This document shows positions 39,233 through 52,480 of a stretch of 64,000 bases of DNA, piece after piece. Origin of the DNA: Lama guanicoe (Eukaryota). The DNA lies in assembly GCA_013239625.1 (NCBI GenBank), contig MU054391.1, positions 5,351,824-5,415,823 on the forward strand. Direction: 5' to 3'. The notes under the pieces are model-generated. The model did no database searches. It was not told where the DNA came from and saw only the letters and a program-made list of their open reading frames with translations. The translations under genes were made by a program, and so were the position numbers. How positions within the stretch are numbered: the first letter of the stretch is position 1; each line of letters opens with the position of its first letter.

Positions 39233-42200
39233 TGGGAAAAAGGCTGAAAGCAGTTTGCTGTGGCCAAGAACACACTCTGTAATGTAGCTAATCAAATCGC
39301 TTTGCCAACAGAGGGCATCTGTGTGATGGGAGGTGAAGTTTCCAGTAGCGGGTGGTCCGCGTCTGGCAGGTGTAGACTGCCTTCCCTGCTGTGCGTGCCC
39401 GGCCCCTGGGGATTCCAGGCTCTCGGGGGGGGGGGGGCTGCCAGTTCTTCCTCAGAGCCTCTGTCTCCTCTGACTTGGTCTTAGAGCCGCCCTGGGGTGA
39501 GAAGGAGCTCTTAGGATAAAGAGAGTCGGGTGAGGAAAGCACCTAGCAGCTCAGGTTTAATCTCATCCTCTCAGGTTCTGAAGGCAAATTCCTGTAAGAT
39601 TCTCCTCCTCTGAGAAGCCTTTCCTGTCACCAGGCCCCAGGAGGTGCACTCTTTCCCTCGGTGGTGCTGTTTCTCCCTCCTGTCACGGATACTGCGTGGA
39701 TGGTTATTGCATGCTTTTATCTTTTTCTTGCTAAACTGTGTGTTGGCAGGTGCCAAGCTTTGTTCATCTCTGTCCCCTCCAGTTTCACTTGTCTTAAGTG
39801 CAAGTCTTATCCTGTCACTTTACAACCTTCTGGGGGGCCCTCCATTACCTGGGATGAAGTCCTTCCTCTGGCCCCTGCCTGCCTCTCTAGACACGTCGTC
39901 TGTGGACCCTCCCTGTGCTCTGGCCTTACAGGCACCCCAAATTCCTCCAGTGTTCCTGTCTCTGTGCTGTACTGATTGGTGTGCAAGCCCCTCGGACTTA
40001 CTGGAAGCTGTTCCTTGGCGGCAGGGGCCCTGCTCCATGAATCTTTGTGTTTATTCATCAGTGCTTGCTGCCTGGTGGGCTGTCACTGTGATTGGATTTT
40101 ATCCCAGTGTCTGGGGAAGTTCTTGATTGACTAGGGTATTCAGGAAATACAGGATGGATAAATAAGAGGTTTTCTGTACTCTGAGCCTGTAATGTAAAGG
40201 GACAGAAAGAACCAGCATAAACAATACATCATCTGGGAGATGAGTCTCAGTCCCTCACCCCTGGCCTTCCCTCCAGGTGAACCACTGGAGCAGTAGGAGT
40301 TTTACAGGGAGGTAACTGGGGTGTGCTCAGCCTTTCACGCAGACTTCCAGCTGTCCTTCTGTCATTAGTAGAGGGCAGGATCAAAGAATATGAAGTGACC
40401 ACCGACAGAATTTTCACATTTTAATAGTCAACCCACACCTTGACCTTATTAACTCCATTGCTGGCTGCCTGTGCCAGACATAACCAGCCCAGGTGCGTCC
40501 CGTGATAACACCCATAAGGTCTGGCAGTCTTCCCGTGGTCAGAGGGACGCCCAGCAAAGTCTGGATGGAAATGAGTTTTGCCTGAAGTTTTGAAAGGAGG
40601 AGGAGCACAGAGTGCTGGAGAGACTGGGGGAAACGGCAGGTGGTGAAGCCCAGGAGAGAGGCGTCTGTCCGTGTGCCTGGCTTGAGTGTGGGCCCGGGGA
40701 CTTGTGAAGTGGGGAACGTGTTCTCATCAAACCCTCTTTGTTGGTAGGTGCTGTGTCTTGTCAGAGGTGATGCAGGGTCAGGTCAGGTCGCAGAGTCTGT
40801 CTCCGTCATGTCCACTTGTCCAGGAGAAGCTGGTAGAGAAAGCACAGGCACAGAGAACCGAGTAACCGAGCCCTTGTAGGTGACGTTTCCGATTTCTCTA
40901 TTTTATTTATTCCTTATGTTGTTTTTTGATTATAAAGATAATATGAACTTAGTTTAGAACATTTAAAAAATTCAGAAAAGCAGTAGAACAAAGTCCCAGC
41001 CCAGCCAGATCCCGCTCTTGGTTTGAGGTCGCCCGGGCTGCAGCCGCTGCCTGGCCAGTCAGAGCTGCCGCCTGGCCTCGGTCCTTACTCCCCCACAGTC
41101 TGTTCCGTCTCTGCAGATACCCCGTTGAAGAGGATACGGGGATGCACGGAAAGCACTGGCCTGTCCCTGGCCGGCGCCAGTCGCCAGGTACCGAGCACCT
41201 GCTGTTTCACCGCCACGTTAGCGTTTTGATGTACTTTCAGCCTTTTCTCTACATTTTACTTTTTACAAAGTTGAGACTAAATATATGGTTCTGTGTCCTG
41301 CCTTTTTTAAAACCTGGCATTCTACCCTGAACATATTTCTCCATCATGATTTTAAGAGCTTACATAATATCCCATTTTGTAGAGATGATTGTCTTTAACC
41401 ATTTCCATATCGTTCAAGCTTAATACATTTACACTTTACCAATTGTTCTGCACACACAGCTCTGGTCACTTGATTATTCCCTTAGGGTACATTTCTAGAA
41501 GTGGGATTATTGGATGGCAGCCATGTTTTTTTTTAAACTTTTAATGCTGATTGCTGAATTGTGAACTGAAAGATTTTTATCTGGGATGACTAGGAATAAA
41601 GTTCTAAAAATGATTTTCTCCCATGCAGTGTTCACAGGGTAGAGATCCTGGTAAGCAGTGGGGATTATCTTTGACTCCAGGAAATTGCTTTCTCACGAGC
41701 TGTGTGCGTGGGTTAGATCTGAACCAGGTGACGCGTGGGGCCCGCAGCTCGAGGGGAAGTGGTGTCCTTTATGTTGAGCCGTGCAGATTATCCTGACATT
41801 AAAATTGTGCCTCATGTTTGAATATCAGTCACCACGTCATCTAGGGAGTGTCTTTGTAAAGCTGCCACTGCAGAGAACATATGTTCCTTCTAAGATGCAC
41901 GTGCGACGGAGCTGTCCGTGTGGATGATTTGCCTCCTCCTGACCCCCCGGTGGCCCACTGGTTGGAGGGTACCTGTCAGGGCGAGCGCCGTCAGGCTGCT
42001 CTGCTTCTCTCTGCTTGGGGCGCTTGGGGTGCTTGGGGTTCGGGTTCCCGGCGCGTGCTCTTGGTTGGAGGATTGTACATTCATGGGAGCCGAGAGCAGT
42101 GACTGTGTGATGAGCAAATGAGGAAATGCTTCCTTGCACGGTTGGAGGAACATGGGAGGACTGGGCCATCAGGAAGACAGTTCTAGTTGTAGAGCTGCTG

Positions 42201-42879
42201 AGAACTAGCTGTGTGTACTTGAGCAGGTCAGCACCCTCTCTGATCCTTTCAGGGTCCTTTGGACTGTAAAGACCCAGTAGTGGGCCTGGGTGGCCCTGAG
42301 GAGGGTAGGACAGTGAGGCCTGCGCTGCCCTGTGATGGCTTTGCATCAGGAGCTGGTGCAGGCAGGGGCTTGGACACTGAGCAAGTGTTCACAGCCTCTG
42401 AACACACAGGACTCCTTGCTGTCCCCCTGGGGTTGATACCTTCCTTCCTGGATCTCCTCTGTCTGGAAATTCCTGCCTGCCCTTGGAGCCAAGCTCACGC
42501 ATCCCCTTCCTGACATCTCTGAACCTTCAGCACCCAGCGCATCGCAGGCCTCATGCACGGGTTGGTGCATCAGTCCCTGGACGCTGGTCACCCTCATCTT
42601 TGTGTCCACTCCGGCACACCGTCCCACTCTGCTGCAGGGCTGGCAGTGAGGAGTGTATCTCCAGGTAGGAGTGAAGGTGGGCGAAGGTGAACTGGCCCTG
42701 GGACCCTTCCTGTCCCTGGAAGGGCCACGGGCCTCCCCGCCGTGCCATGGCCTGCTCGGTGGGAGTAGAGGGGCTGCCTTTTTTCCTTTTGGATCCAACA
42801 ATTTTTGTGTGAACTACATGCACTCGACCTTCTTCTTAATATTATTTATTTAGTTATCTATCTATCTAATATGCTCATA

Positions 42880-42984
42880 ATTTTTTAAATTTAAATTTAA
42901 ATTTTAATTTTAATTTTTAAAATTCAAGTACAATCAGTTACAATGTGTCAATTTCTGGTGTACCGCACAATGTCTCAGAGCTAC
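42880..42984 (-). mobile_element. Young L1 3' terminus (same family as 20521), running into a gap
   Basis: T-rich tail, then ttcaagtacaatcagttacaatgtgtcaatttctggtgtac. Confidence 0.8.
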
Positions 42985-43112
42985 NNNNNNNNNNNNNNNN
43001 NNNNNNNNNNNNNNNNNNNNNNNNNNNNNNNNNNNNNNNNNNNNNNNNNNNNNNNNNNNNNNNNNNNNNNNNNNNNNNNNNNNNNNNNNNNNNNNNNNNN
43101 NNNNNNNNNNNN
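42985..43112. other. Assembly gap (128 N)
   Basis: Run of N. Confidence 1.
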
Positions 43113-44334
43113 AATATCAGTCTTTTGAATGACAGAATCAAGTAAACTAAAAAGCACACAATAAAACCCAGCCCTTACCTCTAAACGTACTGTATGCAGG
43201 TGCTTACGTGCCTGCTGGCTCCATGGTAGATTTTTCTGTGAGAGCCTCTCAAAGCCACCCCTTTGAGGGGATGGTGGGAAGCCCGACCCTTGTGTAGTGA
43301 GGGGTGGGAAACGGGAGGGTCGCTGGGTTCGAGCTGGGAAGAGCGGGGTCTTGTCTGTGTTGGTCTCAGTGACTCAGAGGCTCGTTCTCCCAGGTTCCCC
43401 CCGCAGCAGGGATTCTTGGATCTGGACCATTAATAAGAACCAGAGTTAACACTATATTTGAACAAGGGGGAGGTAGGGGAGCAAGCTCATTTTAGAAGAA
43501 CAGCTTTCACAGTTCTGTAAATAAAAGATGATAGACCCAGTCTGGGTTCTTTCCAGAAACTTTATTCCCAAGCCATTTATTTTAGGTTCCTGTTTTAAAT
43601 TTAGTTTTGGCAAAAGGAAAATAAAGGCACTCAACTACTTTCTGCTCTCGAGAAGGAAAATCTCCACCTTGGGGTGATCTGGAGCAGTAGGTCAGTTAGC
43701 TAATGTGTGCTCTGGGGTGTTGGCTGTGCTTACAGTGGGCACCATGCTGGGTGTTACAGGAGGACCTGGAGAGATGCTGGGCTGTAGGCATTGTCAAGAA
43801 TTAAGCCTCCTGAACCCCACCTTATTCAGAAGACAATAATAAGGGATGATGGTCACCGCACCTTGTAGTGTTATTAGGTTAAATGGAACAGAAGGCTTGA
43901 AGGCCACCTAACAGACCTTTACTCAAAGCTGGTTCCCTCCCTCTTCCCTGGGGTGCTCGCCTTGGGCAGTAGTGAGGGTCCCTGCACATTGTGAAGGATA
44001 CCACGTGGCTCCCAGGGTGACTTTGGCCCCTGCACTCCTGTGTCTCTCCCCCAGGGGAGTGACATCATCACCAGACATCTGCTTGTGGCTGCCAGTCCCT
44101 TCCAAAACCACCCCGGGATCGCCCATGTCTTGACCACCAATTTTGAAATAGTTATAAAATAGCATGTGGTTTGAAGGGAACTGCCCTTTGCTGTTGACCA
44201 TGTGTTCTACAATTATAAGTAGAGTGAAATAGAAGGTGTAACTGGTCAGCCTCTGAAATGGAATTTTGAAAATCTTAAACCTGGGTACTTTTGGTTTGGG
44301 CAAAAAGTAAGCTGTTTTGAGAATGAAATGCACG

Positions 44335-44530
44335 TCCATGTAGCAGAGCGAGAAGAGTGGGCTTTGGGATCAAACAGACGCAGGTTTGCACCCCCAGACC
44401 CGCCACTTTCTGAGGACAAGTTATTTGAGCTCTTTGAGCCCCGGTTTCCCTTCAGCATTGTGAGCAGTAGTGCATGTCATATGTAAGTTGTTGTGAAGTC
44501 TAGAAAAAAAGTATGTAAGTCATTTGTGCT
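44335..44530 (+). mobile_element. MIR, near full length
   Basis: gtagcagagcgagaagagtgggctttgggatcaaacagac...gacaagttatttgagctctttgagccccggtttcc...gttgttgtgaag. Confidence 0.75.
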
Positions 44531-45223
44531 GAATACAGTTGACACCCGTGCCGCTGTGCTGGTGGGTGTGTGCTGAGTGTGGTTGAACTGGGCGGTTAGC
44601 CTTACCCCATTCTTTGAGTCCTGCCGTCACCTGGCGAGCATCGCACCACGGGTCTCTGTCCTCCAGGCAGCTGAGCCCCAGCGAGAGTGAACATGTGTAT
44701 CACCAGGTCACGTGTATTTCCTGGGAGGCGTAGGCCTGGGACTCAGACCTCCTGAGGGCTCCCTGCTCTGCCACACCCTGTGTGTGTGTCTCTGTTTTAA
44801 CTCTTTTGCTGAGTGTAGTCTCAGAAATACATTTAGTGTGTCCAGAAATCTCAGGCTTTTTTCTGAAACGTTAGAAGATAATAATAGAAAAAAGGAAAAG
44901 GGCCTAAACGGTGAAATTAATGTTCTCTTGTGTTAGATCACACGGGAGCCCTAAGGCACCCGAGGGCCCCCGGAAGTGGCCCCGGAGGGCGAAGGGCCTG
45001 CTGGCGGGACGGGCAGACACACTGTTTATGGACCCTGGGGACCTGGTTCAGCACCAGGGCTGCCTTCGGCACATTGGCCCCCTGGGTACCCAGTTGTCAG
45101 GCCTGCCCCAGGCACCAGCAAGGCTGACAGTGACTTTATTTCCCTGAATAGGAACTTGGGGGACTGCAGAGGGCTCTTCAAGATCTGTTTTTTGGTGAAA
45201 AGCTGCGGTGCTGAGGCTTTCTG

Positions 45224-45302
45224 TGGCCGCCCTGTGCCGTCCTCACGATGGGAGCAGAATTCTGAAGAAGTGGGCAGCCTGAGAGCGCGTCCGTGACCCT
45301 GC
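45224..45302 (+). repeat. 79-bp dispersed direct repeat, copy 1
   Basis: 70/79 ungapped identity to 46264-46342, by hand alignment. Confidence 0.92.
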
Positions 45303-45526
45303 CAGGCGGAGTTCACGTGCCGCCGTGTTCGTACTTGGGGTCTGTGGCCGGCACAGTTGGCAGGGGTGTCGGGACAGCAGAGTTATTTCTGTTCCTGATG
45401 CGACTTGAGTCTTCTCCGATTTTTACTCTGTTCATGTGTTCGATTTCATTCACAAGTAAGCAGAACCCGGCGGGGGATGGGGCCGGGGAGTGGAGACCTT
45501 AACCTTGCCTCTCGTTGCCATTGCAG

Positions 45527-45672
45527 CCCACGTGGAGAATGAGGAGCAGTACACGCAAGCTCTGGAGAAGTTCGGGGGCAACTGCGTGTGCAGGGATGAC
45601 CCGGATTTAGGAAGCGCCTTCCTGAAGTTCTCAGTGTTTACAAAGGAGCTGACAGCGCTTTTCAAAAACCTG
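45527..45672 (+). CDS. ASAP2: ASAP2 coding exon 3 (146 nt, phase 1 to 0): (A)[48 protein letters not shown]
   Basis: Branch-like ccttaac at ~45497, acceptor ccattgcag|CC, donor CTG|gtaagt. Contained in ORF 45490..45699. Confidence 0.97.
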
Positions 45673-46263
45673 GTAAGTGTCACGATTGTGTGCTGCTAGC
45701 GGGCAGCATGTGAAGTGCCTGCAGTTGCTTTAGTTGGGAGGGGAGCTCCCCGGAGGATAATTAAAGTGTGTTTGATAAATTAGGAATAAATTTCATGGCT
45801 CAGAGGATACCTGAAGGAATTTTAGTTTTTGTACACAGTAGGTCACCTTGGAATAAATTTTAGAGTGGTCATTTTTGCTCTAACAAGAATTTTTAAATTC
45901 AGCTCAGCATTTTAAAGGTGCACAGCTGAGGCACAAAATGAATAAATGCATTCATCTTAAGGGCTTCTGACTTCAATTTTTAATAGTTTCTAAACTGTGG
46001 AGAATAGTCTTTTCTGGTAATTACAGTAGGCATTTAAACTTAAAATATTTAATAAATATGTTTCAGACCCGTCTCACACAGCAGGGTAACCTGTAATCAA
46101 AGCACAGAAGTTACCGTGAATATTTAAAGGCCTTTTTTTTTATGCTCCCAAATGCAGTCTAAAAAAGTCTCCCTTTTTTTAAGCAAGTGGAGATATGGAC
46201 TGAGTACGTCTGGCCTGCGGCAGGTGCTTGTCACGTGGGGTGAATGGGGTTCTTTCGCGTACT

Positions 46264-46342
46264 TGGCTGCCCTGTGCCATCCTTGTGGTGGGAGCAGAAT
46301 TCTGAAGGAGTGGGCAGCCTGAGAGGGCGTCTGTGACCCTGC
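46264..46342 (+). repeat. 79-bp dispersed direct repeat, copy 2
   Basis: Shares tgggagcagaattctgaag.agtgggcagcctgagag.gcgtc.gtgaccctgc with copy 1. Confidence 0.92.
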
Positions 46343-47149
46343 TGGGGGGCTTCTTCCACAAGGGAAGTACACTGGGGTAGTCCCAGGGTCTCTCCTGTTT
46401 TTCTCCCCCAGCCTCTCCCAAAGGTCAGGGACAACTAGACCAGGTCAAGAACTCAACAATACTTTTGATGTGAGTCGCAAGCCAAGAGTGTCTTTTTCAT
46501 TTCTCCTGTCAGCAAGCTCATAACAAGTGAGCAAGTAGCTCATCGGTCTCGAAGGGGTGGTGATGGTGGGTTTGTAAGTCTGGCCTTAGAAGGGCAGGAA
46601 TGAGGGAATGCCATGTATGAGTTAATAACAAGGAGGGGAAAGACCAGATCATTAAGGTTTTGGTCTCTCGCCCTGTCTTCACTTCTAAAACCTTTCAACT
46701 GGAAATGGTAAAAATACAAAGCCGTTGCTGTGCTGAAGTTTTTTCACTCAGGTTAATTTGTAATCTCTGGGGGCTTTTATCGAGTTTGTCGCCCGTTTAT
46801 TTCTGCCCCAAACAGGCTGACAGCACGCAGACGGGACAGTGGAGCCCAGCCCCCTCTCCAGCCCCGCTCCCCGGACCCTGGCTGACATGCTTGTCAGGGT
46901 CTCACCATTGAGTCACAGTGGGGCTTTTTTTTTTTTTTTTGACTGGAGAAACTGCATGGTCCCAGGGAAGAGCTCTATAGATGCTGACAAGTGGGGGGTC
47001 TTCAAGTGAAAAACCAGCCTGCCGCCTAATCTCCCAGCCCCTCGGCGAATAAGCCCCTTCCACACTCATGAGCCGCCAGCCGGCTGCTTAGTGCCTCCGT
47101 CTTAAATATGAATGAACGGCCTCCAGAATGAAAGAGACCAAAATAAACC

Positions 47150-47950
47150 GGGGAAAGAATTTGGAGGACACAGACAATGCAATGAGCAGAAGAAGACTTG
47201 AAAGACGCTCTTTGAATTCCTCAGAGAGGTCCGGGGGGAGAGTGGGCGCAGCTTGTCATTAAAGAAAGGGGGAGACAAAGTAAGAAAGTATCAAACTGAA
47301 AGTCCTGTGAGAAGTGCTGGAGTGAAAAATGTCCCAGAAAATAGATCAAAAGGCCCAAAAAAGACAAAAACGTAGGAAATAGATAAAAGACGAGTCAGGG
47401 ATTAATCCTCAAGGTCCAGCATCCAACTGACTGGCGCTTCAGAAAGAGAATAGAAGACAGAGGAGGGTGCCGGGAAGGCAGCAGTACAAAAGTGGTTCCT
47501 GAGACTGAAGGATTCTGATCTGCAGATGGAAGGCCCAGGCCAGTAAGGGGAAAGGACCTGCCTCTGCTCCAGGGCATCTCCGTGTGAAATTGCAAAAGAT
47601 CCTAAATGCTTTCAGAAAGCACACCAAGGGTGGAGCTGCACGATGGTGTCGCCCTCTTGACAGTGACCCTGGAAGCTTGGAGGCCTGGAGCGCTGACACT
47701 AAAAAATCCTGAGGGACGTAATTCTGACTTGGAGTTAGACCCCAACCTGAGCATAAAAGGAGAATTAGAGATGTTTCAGACGTGCAGGTCTCAAAAAATT
47801 TAGCTCCCAAGTGTCATTTCTCTGAATTGCCTAAAGGCTGTGCCTTAGCAGCATGAAGAGAGAAGCCAAGAAAGAGGAAGATGTGTGAGTCAGGAAACAG
47901 GATCCAGCCAGAGGGATGCAGTGAAAGGGGTCCGAGAGGATGGCGGAGAG
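47150..47950 (+). mobile_element. HAL1-like (L1 ORF1-related) relic
   Basis: aggtccagcatccaactga...cagaaagagaatagaa...aagatcctaaatgctttcaga...gtttcagacgtgcaggtctcaaaaaatttagctccc. Confidence 0.6.
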
Positions 47951-50900
47951 AAGCCCTGGCCGGGCTACCGAGCAGCTGGCCCGCAGACCAGCCGGGGTCT
48001 GTCCCGCACCCCCAGCGGCTCGGAGCTCCATTCAGCTCATCTTCCCCCAGCTTTTCTCAGCTGCAAAGTGGAGATGATAACGTGGGGCTGGCTTCGTCCG
48101 TAGAATGTCGCTAGTTGCTTTTACACATCTCATCTCATTTAACCCTCATAGCAACCCCCTACACCAGCTTCTGAACACGCACCCCAGGGCGTGGCATCCG
48201 CGTCTCTCCACGTGGTGGAATCCTACATAAAATCAGTTGTACTCAGTTTTCACATGAGCGACTGCACAGTTAGACAGAAATGGCCCCTTCATTTCTTAAT
48301 TTTCTGCAAAACTAAAAGGGTAGGGCTTGGACATTGTGACGGGTGCATTGCCCACCACCCTACCCCCCCACAGCTTTGCCACTTTGAGCACATCAGATAT
48401 CCCTTGCAGGCCGAGTCCCCACCCTTCTCCCCTCTCCGCCCCCAGTGAGCGGGTCATCCATGGCCTTCACTTCCTGAGCACCGTCGGTGCCGTGAGCTCC
48501 GGGCAGGTGTCAGGTGTGTACTGGGTCTTCCTCATTCACTTAGTCCTCTTAACAGCTGCATGAGATCACCTGTGTTACCTTCCTCTTACGGGGGGCCCGA
48601 AGCTAGCAAGGAACAGGGGTGGCAGTCAAATCTAGATGTTAAAACTCGAAACCCGTACACTTTCCATTGCGATTATTTAAAGGAATTAAGGTCAACTCCA
48701 TGGGGGGGAAGAAAACAGCAGCAAGGAAGGCAGTGCAGGGAAAATGCAGGATAAAGAGGAATGCATAGGGGCTGCAACACTGCAGCTGCGAGGCAGCCGG
48801 ATGCCTCGATTTCATCTTAGAGCAGAGATGGGAAATCCCTCCCCGCCTCCCCGGGCCAGCGTCAGGATAACAGAGATACGCTGGACAGGTGGCTTGTAAA
48901 TTAGAAACCCGGCCCACAGGTGACATTGCAGTGTCGTTAAGTTAACTTCTTACAGTCTGGACCAAGTAGCTTTCAGTCCACGTGCATGACTGCAGTTACA
49001 GCTTTTACTTTATGGAGTGGGGATTTTTGATCCTGTTTCCCAGCAAAGATCCAAGAGAGAGGGAGAATGTGTCTGACTCGTGCCCACGTTAGCACTCAGC
49101 AGGCCCGGCTTCTCAGGCCTGTGCTGCTGTTGAAGCTACACCCGTAAGGAACACTGCGGGGCTGCGTCTAAGATGCTGTCACTGAGAATGAGCTGATTAT
49201 AGGAGAATTCTCCTTTTTTGGTATTTTGTATACCATTCTTACTCCTATTTTTGGTCACATCTGTCCTATCTCTTATTTTTAAAGCCTTGCTTTTGCTTTC
49301 CCTGAGGCGTTCAAAAAACATTTCAGTTCTGCATGGCCAAAATTCTCAATTCTACCTCTTGTCCAGAAAGAATAATAATTACTGCCTACCTACTCTTCAT
49401 CATGGAAGAATGTTTCTAAAGCAGTTGGAACATCTCCAAAGAAAGGCCAACTTAGTATAAAGTGAGATTTTGTTACTAATGGGTGAGATTCTCAACTTCA
49501 GAGAGTCTGAATTCTCTCTGCAGTCATGCAGGATAAAGGGAAAAATAAGGCAGCTACAGAAATGTAACGTGTGAAATTAAGCTAGTTATCGAGTCAGCCT
49601 GGTTTCGCAGCTTCTATTCCTCTTACCAGATGGCTGTGAGGATCCTGGAAAGATTTAGTGAATGGCTGCATTAAGGTCAGTTACAGCTCTGTAGCCTCTG
49701 TCTCTGGTTTCAGAGGATTCCTCCTCAAATATGCACTGTCAGTCATAGACCCAGCTCCAGGTGAGAGCGGGGACCAGCGGGTGCCGAGCTCAGGATGGTG
49801 TCCTAGTGTGAGAGCCGAGCGCACCCCTGGGGCTGAGGAATGTGTCACCTCACTCATTTGGAAGGAGAAACCTGAAAGTCCTACTGACCAATGTGCACAT
49901 AAGTCCTGGATTTTTTTTTTTAACGCAAATGATTGGAGGTAGAAGACTCATAGCCACAGAATGAAGAGCTGTAAGCTTCTGTCTGGGTTTGTTCACGTGA
50001 CGTGCGCAGCACCTGGCGGAGAGGTATCCCCACTGCTGCATTGGTAATAGGGCGGCAGGGCTCTTCCCAGCACTGCCGGCCCCCACACGAGCTGGTTCTC
50101 CACGTTAATAAAACTTACCTCATTGCTTAACACAGAGCTGTGCCTACCAGAGGGCCTCACCTCAGTACTCCTGCAAACTCCCTTCTCTTTTAACTTCTTT
50201 TTTGGGGGGATGTTCTGCACTTTAAAATGTCTTACATTCTTTTTTATTCAACAGGGGGACTGATCATAATTTCATCTTTTAGGGAGGAAGACTTACATCG
50301 GTTTACCCATAAATTAAGGAACTGTGCAGGAATTGAGAGAAACCCCCAGGGCCTGGTATCTGCCGTGTGGGACTGTCTGCCCCTAGATTGGTGCCAGACT
50401 CTCCGCCTTCCATTTTCGACATCTGCTCTTTGGTATTCTGACACTCTTTTCCCTGCTAATTGCTGGATTTGACCGCCCTTGGTGCCTTGTTCCGCAGCAC
50501 TGTGAGCTGGAAAACGCGATGACCAGTTTGTTAGGCTTGTATGCAGAGGAGGCGTCTGTGAGCTTTGAGTGAGGAGGGCTTGAGTGCTGGGCTTCTCCTG
50601 GGGAATAGAGTTTGTGGATGGACCTCATGACAGTTAATTTGGGCACTAGAAGCATCTGCACCAATGATTTCACCTGGCCTGATACACAGATGGAAGTTCT
50701 TTGAGACTCCAGACCAGCACTGCAGGCTGCTTCCTGCACTCACAGATCACTGTCCAGAAGGAAAGCGTCTCCTCGGTTTGACCAAAACAACAAAAGCAGT
50801 AAGGCTGACGTCAGAGCCCTGGGTTCTGGTTGTGGCACGGCCGCTACTGTGTGTAAATTGTACTTTGATACTTTTTTTTTTCTTTTTGGAAAGGCGGCGC

Positions 50901-51701
50901 CACCTCATTGTAGCCCCAATAGCACACTGACTCCGTGAGTCGGAGAAGGTGGGAAAAGCCAGGGAGGAGCAGGCAGCCCAGCTGAGAAAGTGACTGACAG
51001 CCTGCTGGGGGCACCGGCTCTGTCACTATCCGGGCAGTGAGCACTGATTACTCCACTTTTATTAGCATGCTGTGTGTACCGTGAGGGCCGCTGTAGAAAT
51101 GCCACAGCACGGAGGGTGTAGCCCCGGGAGATGGGCAGTGACTCCCACAGCTGTGGTGCTTGGGTCCCTGGGGGGAGGTGGGGCGGGGGGCTCTAGGGCT
51201 CTCACGAGGTCCGTCTGCCCACAGGCACGTTGCGGAGTTTACGAACACATTCCTTGCACTTTAATGACTTGTCGTGTGCGTGGAGGACATGCTGTTAGAA
51301 GACAGTCATTTGAAGCGTTCATGAACTCGGATGAGGGTTTCATTTCCTCTGTCATCACATATTCTCTCAACTGCTGGCTGTTAAAATGACAACTGCCACG
51401 ATGTAGGAGGCCTCAAACTTTAAAAAAAAATCCTTTGCCAAGCCTAAAGGATAACGTGTGGACAGGCTGGAGCAGAGGATGTGAAGGAAGGCGGAGGGTC
51501 AGCAGCACCCAGGCAGCAGAGGAGCAGGAAGAGAAGCCCTGATGAGTGACTCTTGGCTTCGGTGACCAGGAGGCCACCATGACTTTCCCCTGACTCTTTT
51601 GCAGGAGCCAGAGGAGAGACGGCAGGTGCTCATTGCTCTTGGGGGAAGTTGATAATGGAAGAGGAAAGTGAGAAAGGGAAGGTTTTTATGATAGGAGGGA
51701 C

Positions 51702-51784
51702 TAAACAAAACAAAAAAACTAAAAAAAAAAAAACCCCAAAGTGAAACAAACAAACAAACAAAAGAGACAGACAAACAAAAAAAA
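51702..51784 (+). repeat. A-rich / (AAAC)n low-complexity tract
   Basis: Direct reading. Confidence 0.85.
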
Positions 51785-52139
51785 GCCTGTTTCTAGACTC
51801 CAGGGGAAGAAGCCGGTGGCTGGAAGAGGTGATGTCTGGGAAGAGAGAGGGCTGTGAGCCATGGAGGTTCTGCATCCTGTTTTGTCGGTCATGGGCTCGG
51901 CCAAGACTCAAGTCCGTGCCTCTCTGGGACCTGCAGATAAATTCTCGATCCAGTTTCTTCATGTGCATTCCCCTTCGGGAATTGCCACTGCGTATTAGTC
52001 ATTGCTTAAAATCTCTCAACTTAACAAACTGCGTCAATAGCTGTTTATTACAGATTCTAGCTTACAAAGCACCAGGACAGTTTATGTCATTTGCACCCCC
52101 AGGAGCCTCGTCTAGCCCTCACAGTCCTTGCCTGGCCCT

Positions 52140-52480
52140 CAGGTGGAGTCCCTGGGGATTCTTAGAAATGCAGACTCCCAGGTCCTTGTCCCCGGGGCCT
52201 GCTGAACCAGAATCTCCATTTCCGCAGGGTGTGAGTCAGCACCATCAGTCTGAGAAGCATTGCCCCAGAGCTGAGGTTCTCAAAGTGCGGTCCCTGGGCC
52301 GGCCGCACCAGCAGCACCTGGACCTTGCTGGGAAAGTCGGGGCCCACCCATACCTGCTGAGTCGTGGTCCTCAAGTTCAGCGCAGCTGCAGCAGCACCTG
52401 GAGGGTTGCTAGAACACTCCCTGTTGGGCGAGTAAGTTCCCCGGTGATGCTGACCTGGATGGTCGGGAACCAGCTTTCCC
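52140..52480. mobile_element. Adjacent MER5-family fragments
   Basis: ttagaaatgcagactcccagg...ctgctgaaccagaatct; gaggttctcaaagtgcggtcc...accagcagcacctgg. Confidence 0.65.

Noticed and set aside
45490-45699. [22 protein letters not shown]... as a stand-alone gene or signal-peptide isoform
   Set aside because: It starts at GTG. The leader is just the branch point and polypyrimidine tract of exon 3, and the ORF stops shortly after the splice donor.
46093-46119. Short hairpin ggtaacctgt...acagaagttacc as a small RNA
   Set aside because: The stem is only ~10 bp with a bulge, too short for a pre-miRNA and expected by chance.
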